Assembly: GCA_951406725.2 (NCBI GenBank)
Contig: OX597830.1
Coordinates: 71,982,001 to 72,046,000 of the forward strand
Direction of reading: 5' to 3'
Source: Octopus vulgaris
Taxonomy: Eukaryota
Length of the DNA: 64,000 nt
The stretch's first letter is position 1. Each line of letters starts with the position of its first letter. Below are positions 14,295 to 28,735 of this stretch, piece after piece. The notes beneath the pieces were generated by a model that was given only the letters and a program-made list of their open reading frames with translations, was not told the DNA's origin and searched no databases. The position numbers and the translations under genes were made by a program.

Positions 14295-14626
14295 AGTGTA
14301 GAGAATCAACATATGGAAAATTACACCGAATATCTTCCTTCAAATTTGAAAAGACAGACATAAAAATTTTTTTCTTAGGTGAATAGAAACAAATATTTCG
14401 AGACAGAAACTAGGAATTTATGACCGAAGTGTCAAATAATTCATATTATCTGTCACATCAGTTGTCTGCAATGTATCTACATAAACAGGCATAAGGCCAT
14501 ACGCAGTTACATCCGCATAAATAAACACATGCGGACATACATGAAAATGTGCATCAAACATACATGCATGCATACATGGTTGTCTGTGTGTAGATGTAGC
14601 TATGTATATACGGTGTGTATATATAC

Positions 14627-14671
<45 letters not shown>

Positions 14672-14739
14672 CGTGTGTGTGTGTGTGTCTGTGTCTGTGT
14701 AGATATATATATGAATTTATATGTATGTCTACAAACACA

Positions 14740-14774
<35 letters not shown>

Positions 14775-14777
14775 GTA

Positions 14778-14825
<48 letters not shown>

Positions 14826-14826
<1 letters not shown>

Positions 14827-14874
14827 GTTTAAATATTTGTTGGCTAAACTGGCAATATGACCATTCCGAAATAT

Positions 14875-14882
<8 letters not shown>
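14826..14882. mobile_element. 57-bp miniature made of both termini of the PLE at 55299-56636, inserted in (TA)n
   Basis: CGTTTAAATATTTGTTG (as at 55299) fused to GGCTAAACTGGCAATATGACCATTCCGAAATATAACAATAT (as at 56596-56636). Confidence 0.85.
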
Positions 14883-14954
<72 letters not shown>

Positions 14955-15318
14955 ACATACATACGTATACATTATTATTATGGCTGCCCCTTCGTTATCG
15001 AGTATGGCTATTGCACGAAGCTTAACTGTTATTGGTACTTTGATCGAATGTGACTTTTTAGCCTAGCTAAAGATCTACAATGTCTTGTACAGAATTGGCA
15101 ACTAAAACCTTTACTTGTAATAGCCGGCTGTAGTTGTAACTGGGCTTCATGTACCTTTGCATGTCCTTTAATTCCTTCTGCCGAATTACACTCTCTTCCA
15201 CATGCCCGACAGATATGATTAGTATGGTGTGTTACAACACCACCAGTGGCCAGGTTGTCACTTATCTGTCTCGCTTTATGACGACGAAGATGATTCTACA
15301 CATACATACATACATACA

Positions 15319-15348
<30 letters not shown>

Positions 15349-15351
<3 letters not shown>

Positions 15352-15575
15352 TTCTTTACTACCCACAAGGGGCTAAACACAGAGGGGACAAACAAGGACA
15401 GACAAACGGATTAAGTCGATTATATCGACCCAAATGCGCAACTGGTACTTAATTTATCGACTCCGAGAGGATGAAAGGCTAAGTCGACCTCGGCGTAATT
15501 TGAACCCAGGACGTAGCGGCAGACGAAATACGGCTACGCATTTCGCCCGGCGTGCTAACGATTCTACCAGCTCGC

Positions 15576-15580
<5 letters not shown>
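15349..15580 (-). mobile_element. SINE family A, one module, ends at the module boundary
   Basis: Near reverse complement of 1208-1440. Confidence 0.88.
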
Positions 15581-15662
<82 letters not shown>

Positions 15663-15683
15663 GTGTGTGTGTGCGTGTGTGTA

Positions 15684-15718
<35 letters not shown>

Positions 15719-16510
15719 GCATATGTTATATCGCAATACTGCACAGTGACTGTTTGAGCTACAAAACCCTCGTCACCACTGTTATATCGCACGTTCCGAC
15801 GACCTCTACTCAACTTCTCGATGTCTAGACTTCTCCCTATACATCTATGTATTGGGCTAGCCTACTTCATCATCTGGGGGCGTCGACACAACAGCATATA
15901 AGTATACATGCACGCAGTACACTTTCACACATACGTGTTTTGTATACGTACGTTTAGTTTGAATCGATTGCATGTATATCTTAGTTTGCAAAGCTTTAAA
16001 TTTCCAAATTTTGGAAACGGTGTTCAATTTCTGATATTTTTCTTTTATGTCCATTAAGTTAAAGATAATTTAAGGTTTCATCAAGCAGGTGCGTATAAAT
16101 GACTGCTTCACCTGAAATAAAGAAACGTTGTAATGGAAATATTTTGGAAGCGATTACCTGCATGTCCAGATTCCTTTGACCGAATCCAGTAAAAGAACAT
16201 GTATGTATGTATGTATGTATGTATGTATGTATGTATGTATGTATGTATGTATGTATGGATGTAGGTATGTATGGATGGATGGATGGATGGATGTTTGTAT
16301 ATATGTGTGTATGTATGGATAAATGTGTGTATGGATAGATCTATGTATGTATGTAGTATGTATATATGTATGTATATATATATATATATATATATGTGGA
16401 TAGATTTTATGCATGAATGTATTCTATCCAGTTATCTATATGCCATTGTCTCTATCTGTCAATCAATATGTATCATGTATACTGCCTTAAATATATGTGT
16501 TTGTTTGTGC

Positions 16511-16541
<31 letters not shown>

Positions 16542-16564
16542 TGTATCTGTGAGTGTGTGTGTGT

Positions 16565-16680
16565 GTACTAGGCTTACAAAGAATAAGTCCTGGAGTCGAA
16601 TTGCTCGACTAAAGGCGGTGATCCAGCATGGCCGCAGTCAAATGGCTGAAACAACCAAAAGAGTAAAAGAGTAAAAGAGT
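16565..16680 (+). mobile_element. SINE family B, 3' fragment
   Basis: GTACTAGGCTTACAAAGAATAAGTCC…CAGCATGGCCGCAGTC…AAAAGAGT repeats. Confidence 0.85.
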
Positions 16681-16752
16681 AGTTATGATAATTATAAATA
16701 AATAACTTTGAAAAGTATATAAAAGTATATATATATATATATATAACGACGT

Positions 16753-16791
16753 AAGAAATTTGAAAAGCTAAACGCGAAACCGGTCTTTCTT
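16753..16791 (+). ncRNA. Minimal hammerhead ribozyme candidate with U3-A8 core
   Basis: AAGAAA-(U)-UUGAAAA-GC UAAAC GC-GAAA-CCGG-UC-UUUCUU: 6-bp stem I and palindromic stem III, inside a ~210-bp insert next to (TA)n. Confidence 0.55.
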
Positions 16792-16948
16792 CTAAATTAT
16801 GTCATTGTAAGAAAAAAATTTATAATATTCTTCAGACATATTGACTCAAATATATATTTTTTAACCTTTTAAAACAAGCCTTCTGTAGTTTTTTCACTTT
16901 TTACTATTTTCTATATATTCAACCACGTGCTTTCACAAACCAACTTTC

Positions 16949-16979
<31 letters not shown>

Positions 16980-17419
16980 TGAAAATCAGTATAAATTGAA
17001 TACGGAATGGACAGCCGGAGGTATAAAGTTTAAACAAAGAAATAGCAGAGAACTACAGTTATTTTTAAATACATTTAAAAAGTAAAAAAAAGAACACTCA
17101 TAAAACCTGTGAATGTTCATTTTTATCACATTTTCTAAACACAACTCGAAATATTTTCTAGATATATAGACATGCCTACATACGTTATGTGCGTCCCTAC
17201 GTATGTATGCATGTATGTATGTATGTGTGTGTGTGTATGTATGTGCAGTATGTATGTATTGTAGCAATAATATGAAAACGGTGATAAGTTAAAATATGCA
17301 AATATAAGGAAATATTAGTCATGTGAAGACTAGAGACATTCTTAATTTATTAGAAGATGAAAATTTACTATTCAGCCTTCGACTCAAGTGGCACTGATAT
17401 AGCAGAGACACACAACTAT

Positions 17420-17466
17420 ATGCATGCATGTATGTATGTATGTATGTATATATGTATGTATGTATG

Positions 17467-17498
<32 letters not shown>

Positions 17499-17905
17499 CA
17501 TGTATGAGTGTATGCATGTATGTATGTATGTATGTATGTATGCATGTATGTATGTATGCATGAATGTATGTATGTGTGTATTGTATGAATGTATGTATGT
17601 GTGTATGTATGTATGTATGTATGTATGTATGTATGTGTGTATGTATGTATGTATGTATGTATGCATGTATGTATGTATGTATGTGTGTATGTGTGTATGA
17701 ATGTATGTATGTGTGTATGTATGTATGTATGTATGTATGTATGTGTGTATGAATGTATGTATGTGTGTATGTATGTGTGTGTGTATGTATGCAAGTATGT
17801 ATGTATGTCTGTTTGTATGTATGTATGTATGCATGCATGCATGTATGCATGTATGTATGTATGTATGCATGTATGTATGTATGTATGCATGAATGTATGT
17901 ATGTA

Positions 17906-17941
<36 letters not shown>

Positions 17942-18200
17942 TGTATGTATGTATGTATGCATGTATGTATGTATGCATGTATATATGTATGTATGCATGA
18001 ATGTATGCATGTATTTATGTATATATATATGTATGTATGTAAGTATGTATGAATGTATGCATGCATGTATGTATGTATTTATGAATGTATGTATGCATGT
18101 ATGTATATATTTATGTATGTATGTATGAATGTATGCATGTATGTATGTATATATTTATGTAAGTATGTAAGTATGTATGTATGTAGGAAGGTAGATAGGT
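17420..18200. repeat. ~780-bp degenerate (ATGT)n tetranucleotide array
   Basis: Directly visible; source of the YVCM/HTYI ORFs. Confidence 0.95.
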
Positions 18201-18753
18201 AGGTAGGAAGTATGTTTTATATCCGCGTGTATTAACATTCATATACACACACACACAAACACACACACAAAGACACATACATACACATGTATACGTACGT
18301 ATATATATATTTATGTATACTTTCACGGTGTGAGTGCAGGTGCTTGTGCATGCGAAGTCTGTTTTCTTGAAGAGTCGGAAAGCATTGAAAGCCAGTCTGT
18401 ACCCTCCGTAACTTGATTGGTCGACTGCGAGTCGATACACGAAACCTTATACCAATTATTGATGAATCTAATGTAAGCAATTCAGGGAACGATACACACA
18501 TATGCATACACACACACACACACGCGCACATTCACGCACTCGTGCGCACACACACATACACATACACGCACAAGCATATTCAAATGGAAGTTTATTCATA
18601 CATGTCTCTATACAAACATACCTACATCACACACAGACAAGTAAACACAAACATTACGGAGATGTACTTGCATAGCAAGTGACCTGATCTGAGATCGCGT
18701 GCTGAAAAGAAACACACAAAAACCGTTAGATTCACTTCACCATTTAAACTTAA

Positions 18754-18804
18754 TTTGTCAAAATATTTTCGTCGCTTTGAGACCGCGACCTCTTCCCTGA
18801 CAAA
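18754..18804 (-). ncRNA. Hammerhead-like fold with altered core (GGGAAGA)
   Basis: UUUGUCA-GGGAAGA-G-GUCGC…GCGAC-GAAA-AUAU-UU-UGACAAA: 7-bp stem I, 5-bp stem II, palindromic stem III; within a pLTR-like insert of ~18650-18960. Confidence 0.5.
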
Positions 18805-19195
18805 ACTTCGTGCTGCATCACAAACTGTTATGCATAAAAGCACAATTTGCGCACGATTGTAAAATTACCTCCAGACAATAACAAATATTCTTTTTGTTCC
18901 TGAGTGGCCCGTAACCTTTCGAGCATACTTCATTTTTGACATTAGTTCTCATTTCTATATGAAACTGGCCATGGTAGTGTAATTTTTAAAATATAATTTT
19001 TTTAACAATTAAATATTTTGTGAAGGTATATTTGATACACCTACTATTGTCCATACGTATGTCTGCACACACACGCACACACACACAAACATACACACAT
19101 AAACATATAAACATAAACAGAAATGCGGGGTTATATATTTATAAGATTCTTAGAGCTGTTTCATATATGCCCTTGGGTGAGTTATTGTATGCATG

Positions 19196-19228
<33 letters not shown>

Positions 19229-19497
19229 AAAGCTTTATCTAAATATATATGTAGAAATAGGTGTAGATGCATGTATGTATAAACTAAAGGAAAAAAAACG
19301 TGCCGATAAAGTTCAAAATATTTTACTATAATTATCTTTTTTGCTTTCAAAATTTTCATAAATCGTAAAGTATACAAGTAGTGATTTTCTTTTCTTTCAT
19401 TTGTTTTAATATATCCATTATTTCTACCTGTGTTTTGTTTCAACGCAATATCTAGCTTATGAACATTGTGGTCCGCTTAGTTTGCTTTAAGATACAA

Positions 19498-19592
<95 letters not shown>

Positions 19593-19707
19593 AATAAATT
19601 ACTTTAAATACTGAACTCATTAGACAATAACTGCTATAAAAAGGGATAATTTTACCCATCAATTGTTGAAATAGGAACAGGGCTCAATTGTGGTGGGGTG
19701 TTACTGT

Positions 19708-19743
<36 letters not shown>

Positions 19744-19808
19744 CATACATACATATATAGATTATATATATATATATTTATATATGCACTTATATATTCA
19801 CACATATG

Positions 19809-19851
<43 letters not shown>

Positions 19852-19930
19852 CATGTATATATATATATATATATATGCATATGTATATACATATATATTC
19901 ATTGCATGTATGTTATATATTCACACATAT

Positions 19931-20062
<132 letters not shown>

Positions 20063-21005
20063 CATATATATGTATTTATATATATGTACATGTATGTATT
20101 ATGTATGTATATAAATGAGAAATAGTAGCGGAATGGGTGTCAATCCATTACGGCCGTTTCTAACCACTTCTTTAACTGATTAATGAAAATATTACATCAT
20201 TATAAAGAAACCATTTTCTTCAGATGAATTTATGAACTTCAAAATAAAGAACATTCAAAATGAATGTGTGTATGTATGTATATATTTGTGTGTGTATGTG
20301 TCTGTCTTTGTTCCCCACCAGTCATCGCTTGTCTACTCCTCATTTCGAGCATTCAACGGCACAATATGTATTCATAGACAGTTGCTCCCATTAATTCTAA
20401 AATAAAATTGAAAAATTATGGAGGGTCACAGTTGGGAGCAATAAACATGACTGTGGAGACATACAAGGAAACCGAACTTAAAGAATCATGGAGAGTCATT
20501 AGAACTGAACGAGAGAAAAATAGTGAACGCTGGGAGAAATATTTTCTTTGAAAAGCGAAAATATAGAAGAGATTATAATAGAATATATATATATATAGGT
20601 ATATATGTTCGTTCCACAATAGGGTGTTTAAAAAACGGTTTTGTTGATATTTAGACATTATTACATATGTTTCATTTGCTCAAAGGTATAATAATAATAA
20701 TGCAGATGAAATATAAACATTTACGGAATTTCCTATCAGAAATTCTTCAGAGTATCAAATAATACGAAATCTACATATACACACATTTGATTTTGATATA
20801 TATATATATATTTATACATGAATACATAAATTGTTTGACCTTCTGGCTGATAACTTATGAAGCTTTGGTGACCTGTGTCTGCTTCTCGTTTTTGTTTGTG
20901 CGTCTATTATATTTTTAACACCCACACCCATATTTATACACATAGACTACACATAAATATAGTTTATATATATATATATTTAATTTTAAAATATAAAATA
21001 ATATA

Positions 21006-21041
<36 letters not shown>

Positions 21042-21043
21042 CC

Positions 21044-21075
<32 letters not shown>

Positions 21076-21089
21076 TATATTTGTTTAAT

Positions 21090-21222
21090 TTTCTTTTCTA
21101 CCCTAGGCACAAGGCCCAAAATTTTGGGGGAGGGACTAGTCGATTAGGTCGACCCCAGGACGCAACTCGTACTTAATTTATCGACCTCGAATAGATGAAT
21201 GGCAAAGTCGACCTCTGGGGAA
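21090..21222 (-). mobile_element. SINE family A, 3' fragment
   Basis: CTAGGCACAAGGCCC…GTACTTAATTTATCGACC…GGCAAAGTCGACCTC. Confidence 0.8.
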
Positions 21223-21269
21223 TATATATATAATATTATGATATAGCATACATATACATACAAACATAC

Positions 21270-21320
<51 letters not shown>

Positions 21321-21961
21321 GATAGATAAAGATATATAGATATCTACATTTGTATTCATATTATCTCAAATATCTTTGCTATGTCTCACTTAAGTATCTA
21401 ATGATTACTTTTAGCATTTGTTGTCATTTTTGTTGTTACCAATACAATAGATATTCTTGTTACATGATATCGACGTTACCGTTTTGGAAACAAGACGTCT
21501 GACATAACAAAAATGATATCAGCATAGTTTCTAATATAATAACTTATCACTAAACCGTGATATCTCCATCAAATATCCCTTAAGAAATATATATTATATG
21601 TTTTGGTGATATTGTATATATCTAAAATGCGATAGAAAAACTTTCGTGCTATATATGTGTAAATATATTTGTATGTTTTCGTGTGTGTATGTGTATTCAC
21701 TTCTTGGTATGTGTGTGCATGTGTGTGTCTGAGTGTGTTTGTGTGTGTGTGTGTGTCTGTGTGTGTGTGTATGTGTGTGCGTTTGTGCGAGGGTGTCCTT
21801 AATGTGAACACAAGTTTTTAGTGAAACAGATGTATCAAACAATATCAAAACACTAAATTTTAAATAAATAACGTTATCTATACACTTATCCACACATACA
21901 CGTAAACGTGAAAAATATAAATATGTGTATATGTATATTTTAATTAATATTGAGCCACCGT

Positions 21962-22524
21962 AAGGCGGCGAGCTGGCAGAATCGTTAGAACGCCGGGCCA
22001 AATGCTGAGCGGTATTTCGTCTGCCGTTACGTTCTGAGTTCAAATTCCGCCGAGGTCGACTTTACCTTTCATCCTTTCGGGGTCGATTAAATAAGTACCA
22101 GTTACGCACTGGGATCAATATAATTGACTTCATCCGCTTGTCTGTCCTTATTTGTCCTCTCTGTGTTTAGCCCCTTGTGGGTAATAAATAAATAGGTATT
22201 TCGTCTGCCGCTACGTTCTGAGTTCAAAGTCTACCGAGGTCGACTTTGCCTTTCATCCTTTCGGGGTCGATTAAATAAATGCCAGTTAAGTACTGGGATC
22301 GATATTATCGACTTAAACCGTTTTTCTGTCCTTGTTTAGCCCCTTCTGGGCAGTAAAGAAATAGGTATTTCGTGTCTTTACCTTCAGTGTTCACATTCCA
22401 ACGAAGTGGACTTTGCCTTTCATCCTTTTGGGGTCGAGAAATTAAGTACCAGTTGCATATTGGAATCGATCTAATCGACTGACCCCTCTCCAAAAATTTC
22501 GGGCCTTGTGCCTAGAGTAGAAAA
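21962..22524 (+). mobile_element. SINE family A, trimeric (three modules) with 3' tail
   Basis: One head; GGTATTTCGT…CCTTTCATCCTT…GGGGTCGA module starting at ~22011, 22195 and 22364; tail AAATTTCGGGCCTTGTGCCTAGAGTAGAAAA. Confidence 0.9.
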
Positions 22525-22666
22525 TTATATTTAGCAACCGTAACAGTGTAAGTCATGATCCGAGCTTCGTGTGTTACCATTTAATACGAATCAACGCATG
22601 AAATTCTTGGATCTTGAGTAGCCCTGTTATGTCTGCTACATATTAATAAAAGTATACATATATATG

Positions 22667-22744
<78 letters not shown>

Positions 22745-22747
<3 letters not shown>

Positions 22748-23520
22748 TTATGTGTATCAAGTGGTCCTGGTTCAATTTGGACATTACTCTGACTATGGCA
22801 GCTATCAGAATCTTTGATATTATGGGCATGTTCATTGACAACAACGCTCCACGTGTAATAGTCCAGTTGTTTGAGATCTGGGGAATTAGGGTGCCAAATG
22901 TTAGGGGTTATGTGACCATGAAAATATTCAGCCATCCATTCCTGTGTTACTGGAGCCATGTGTGATAGTGCACAGTCTTACTAAAACACATATCACATTC
23001 CATTGCATACACTGTCTATCTAGGGCTTAATAATTATTTCCAAGACTTCAATGTAGGCGGCAGAGTTAACTATTAGGCCTTATGAAAAGAAGGTGTATCA
23101 CATGTCCTTCATTGCTGACTACCCCTAAAAACATGACAATTGCAGGAATTGTTTTATGCATAACACTTGGAACTTCAAAAGTGTCATTTTTTCTGTTAAC
23201 TTTTTGATCTTGTTCGAAGTTTTTCTCGTTTGAGGAAAACCAAATCAAATCTTTTGCTGGATTTTTCAGTTTGTTTAAAAGTCTCTTTGATCTGATGTAC
23301 TGCTTTATTTAAACGTAAATTTTTCTGAAAAATTTACCTTTCCTCATCATATAAGACTTATATCTGATGTCTTCGCGGACAACATTTCTGACTGTTCCTT
23401 CTAACACATGGAGATCTTTCGAAACTAATCTCATGGAGTTTCTAGGATTGTAATCAATGGTCTGTTTAATTTGCTGGAAAAATGCAGGTGTTCTGATGAT
23501 TTCAGAACGTTTTGAATGTA
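22745..23520 (-). pseudogene. Tc1/mariner-superfamily DD37D (maT-type) transposase relic
   Basis: WFSSNEKNFEQDQKVNRKND (first-D region), VMFLGVVSNEGH, and D-CALSHMAPVTQEW…WHPNSPDLKQL-D with 37 residues between the two Ds; stops and frameshifts; no TIRs recognised. Confidence 0.8.
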
Positions 23521-23861
23521 TGTATAGTTTTCTCTCATAAAAGTTTCAGTAAAAGGTGGGAGAATATAGCAAAGATGATACGCGTAAATGACGAAACCAC
23601 TTTAAGTATGATCCTGTAAATCCAAGAAAGAGAGAGAGAGAGAGAGAGCTTGGCTCTCATGTGTTTCTTTCCCTACCTGAGGTTACCGTGGTCTCTTCCG
23701 CTGGCTTTTCTTTCCACGGATAAACGTCATCCATTTATCAGCCTTATTTTGCTGTTTACATGTCCTAAACGCCTTCGATCCCTTTTGATCACTTTTTCTT
23801 TATTTCTTTCGAAAAGTTCTACAATGTGTTCGGCCCTACGTAACTAATAAAGAAAGATATC

Positions 23862-23948
<87 letters not shown>

Positions 23949-23969
23949 GCATATATATACATATATATG

Positions 23970-24005
<36 letters not shown>

Positions 24006-24439
24006 AATACATATAGATATGTATGCATCTTCATATTTATATTTTCTTCAACTACTAGGCACTGACCTCTCCAACAACCTAATTTATATCCCTAAATAAT
24101 GCTTCTTTCCATACTTCTACCCCTCTCTCTGTCCGATCACTTAGACTCTATTACTACATAACTGACACTCCTTTACTTCTTATACCTCTCTCTATCTTTT
24201 ACGCTCTAATACCTTTCTCTCTCTATCACCCTCATCTCACCATTCCTACTTCAACTTATCTTGACTGACCATTTACTGGTACACTTGCCCTCATTATCAC
24301 TCTCCTTGATTTTCTTTTTTCTTTCTTTTTCTTTTTCCCTCTCTTCCTGTTTTTGATTTGACCTTACAAATACATTCCCTACCTTTAGGTCACTTTAAAT
24401 AAAACCCTTGATTCAATAGCACTGTGTACAAACTCTATA

Positions 24440-24752
24440 CTTAGAATTACCAATTTTAAATACTATTGGATTTTACTCACAATGTATTGGACTGTTATGT
24501 ATATACCATTCTGCCTAAATATTGAATCTACAAATGCAATATTCCTGCATATCTCACATCTATTTTCATTCCTCCACTTCACTCTCTATTTCGTATCCTA
24601 TCTAAATTAACAATTGCTTAACCATTTTCTCACACCGTCTCCGATGAAGGGATATAACAAATATATTGGGAACAGCTGTAAGACCTTCCATTTATAAATG
24701 TACTAAAATCTTCACAGCCTTGTTTTTTTATCTCATTCTGGAAAAAAAATTA
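24440..24752 (+). mobile_element. PLE-like terminal repeat with HHR (homolog of 26172-26495)
   Basis: Colinear with the reverse complement of 26172-26495; a CT-rich 5' extension back to ~24030 may also belong to it. Confidence 0.7.
24637..24684 (+). ncRNA. Minimal hammerhead ribozyme candidate, CCGAUGA core (GAAA box mutated to GGAA)
   Basis: GUCU-CCGAUGA-A-GGGAUAUA…UAUAUUG-GGAA-CAGCUG-UA-AGAC. Confidence 0.55.
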
Positions 24753-24897
24753 TATATACACTCGCTGATATATGACTTACGTTGGACACCTTATTCGCAT
24801 TATCACCGAAGCTGGAGCTTAAGTATGGACTATCCATAGCACTTTCTCAGCATTACCTAATACCTTTGGGGGCTTACTGACTTCATTACCTCTCATA

Positions 24898-25806
<909 letters not shown>

Positions 25807-26111
25807 ATTTCGGAATGAATATTCTATTTTTTGCTAAATAACCACTCGCACTGTATATTCGTTTTGATTTCAGCTTTATTATTGTTCTTAAACAGGAGGA
25901 GAAATGTGAAATGCGGGATGGAGAGTTGCTGGAGAGGTCACAGGATGTGTTCTGAAGGATTAAGAAATAAGAACAAAAATAAAGCCGAAGTAAAGAACAA
26001 GTATATAGTGCGTGTGTTTATTTGGCAAAAAGAAAAAAATGATCATCACGAAATTAGCAATATGTGATTCAAACACAAACCTACATATGTATATGTATGT
26101 ATGTATGTATA

Positions 26112-26171
<60 letters not shown>

Positions 26172-26176
<5 letters not shown>

Positions 26177-26495
26177 TTCGCAATGAGATAAAAAAAAACA
26201 AGGCTATGTAGATTTTAGAACATGTATAGATAGAAGGTCTTACTGTTGTTTCCGGTATATTTATTATATCCCTTCATCGGAGACGGTGTGAAAGGATGGT
26301 TAAGAAATCGTTTGTTAGATAAGATATAGAATAGAGAGTGAGGTGAAGGAAATAAAAGAAAATAGATGTGAGATATGTAGGGATATTGCATTTGTAGTTC
26401 TATTTTTTAGGCAGAATGGTAGCATATGATATTCCAATACGTTATGAGTAAAACCCAATAGAATTTGAAATTGGTCATTCCAAACATAGAACATA
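26172..26495 (-). mobile_element. PLE-like terminal repeat with HHR, next to (TA)n
   Basis: Inverted homolog of 24440-24752. Confidence 0.7.
26237..26284 (-). ncRNA. Minimal hammerhead ribozyme candidate, CCGAUGA core
   Basis: GUCU-CCGAUGA-A-GGGAUAUA AUAAA UAUACCG-GAAA-CAACAG-UA-AGAC. Confidence 0.6.
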
Positions 26496-26509
26496 CATGC
26501 ATACATACA

Positions 26510-26565
<56 letters not shown>

Positions 26566-27259
26566 CGAATATGAATACATATATACGTAGGCATGCACAT
26601 TCCATGCATATATACTGATATGATATTTGCATATACTTATGCTACGCATGCGTGTATTTTGCCACTACCAATTTGGGCCAGGCATTCCTGCCTCAAATCC
26701 GTATTATTCCGCAAGTATATCCGTCTGGAATCAAAGAGGAAGAATATTATACCACTGATAATCCTCGAAATTGTAATTCGCAACTGCAGCTTGTTTCAAC
26801 TTCATCTACTTCAAACTGTAGCCTCGAAATTTACCGATCTCTGCTGACAGTTTAAATCATAGCCTCCATTAATCCTTTTAAATTTTAAACATCGTGTCTC
26901 TGAACAATAGTAACTTAGCTGACTGAATAGTGTATTTGAATATATCATTGCTACTTTTCTACATGTATTGTAGTTACGATCAATCAACGCAGATGCATAT
27001 CACGGATTCAACTGATTAGACAAGGCCGATTTCAAATGACGCCCAAATAAATAGAGTGTTTAAATGCGTTACTCATTCATTTGCATAATATATTGTCTAC
27101 ACAATAAAACATGTAGAGCAAACTCGTGTATATAAATAAATACAGAGACACACACACATATATATATATATATGCATATACATGTATATATCTGTAATAT
27201 GCTAAATACACGCCTAAATACACGCCTAAATGTCGCATAGATATATGCAAATATCATGG

Positions 27260-27298
<39 letters not shown>

Positions 27299-27302
27299 TA
27301 CA

Positions 27303-27351
<49 letters not shown>

Positions 27352-27354
27352 TTT

Positions 27355-27544
27355 TTTTATTCTTTACTTTTTCAAGGCTTTCACTGCGGCTATGCTGGAG
27401 CACCGATTTTAGTCGAACAAATCGGCTAATACTTATTCTATCGGTTTTCTTTGCTGAATCGCTAAGTTACTGGGACGTAAACACACCAACATCGGTTCTC
27501 AAGCGATGCTGGGGGTACAAACATAGCCACACAAATAATTACAT

Positions 27545-27604
<60 letters not shown>

Positions 27605-27750
27605 GACGGGCTTTCAGTTTCCGCCTACCAAATCCACTCACTAGGCTTTGGTCCGCCCAAGGCTATAGTAAAAGACACTTGGCCAAAGTGCCACGCAGTA
27701 GGACTGAACCGAGAACCATGTGGTTGGGAAGCAAGCGTCTTACCACACAG
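27355..27750 (-). mobile_element. SINE family B
   Basis: CTGCGGCTATGCTGGAGCACCG…CTACCAAATCCACTCAC…GGACTGAACC…TACCACACAG. Confidence 0.85.
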
Positions 27751-27768
27751 GTACTCCTCTGACTCTTT

Positions 27769-27833
<65 letters not shown>

Positions 27834-28223
27834 CATGTACACATATCCACCCACACACGAACACAGTGGCTAGAAAATACTATTATTCAGTGTAGGGCAG
27901 AGAGCAGACACTCCTATCGTGTTATAGTTAGTTATTCTGCTTTCTTTTTGTGAGGAGTATTCTTCTTTTTTCCGACATGTACAATAATTTTCACACCAAA
28001 GCGTAGATTATGTGCGTATTGATAGAAATTATGTAATATATAACTGATCTAAAAGAAATATTTCTCTATGAAGCACTACATTTTACACCAGAAACAGCTG
28101 TAAAGTAAAGAAAGTTATTGAGAAAATCGTTTATTCCTTTGTCATTTGAATTTCTTACAGTCATATGATATATAATATAGATGTATATCACTACATTTGC
28201 CATATATTTCATATATCACATAT

Positions 28224-28735
<512 letters not shown>

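Noticed and set aside
26652-26855. Peptide TTNLGQAFL resembling a PLE RT-EN linker
   Set aside because: Too short, and the surrounding frames give no support.
28060-28105. GAAACAGCTGTA half-motif (similar remnants at ~7840, 9700, 45280, 53600, 57360)
   Set aside because: The core and stems are too decayed to call; possibly old PLE HHR relics.
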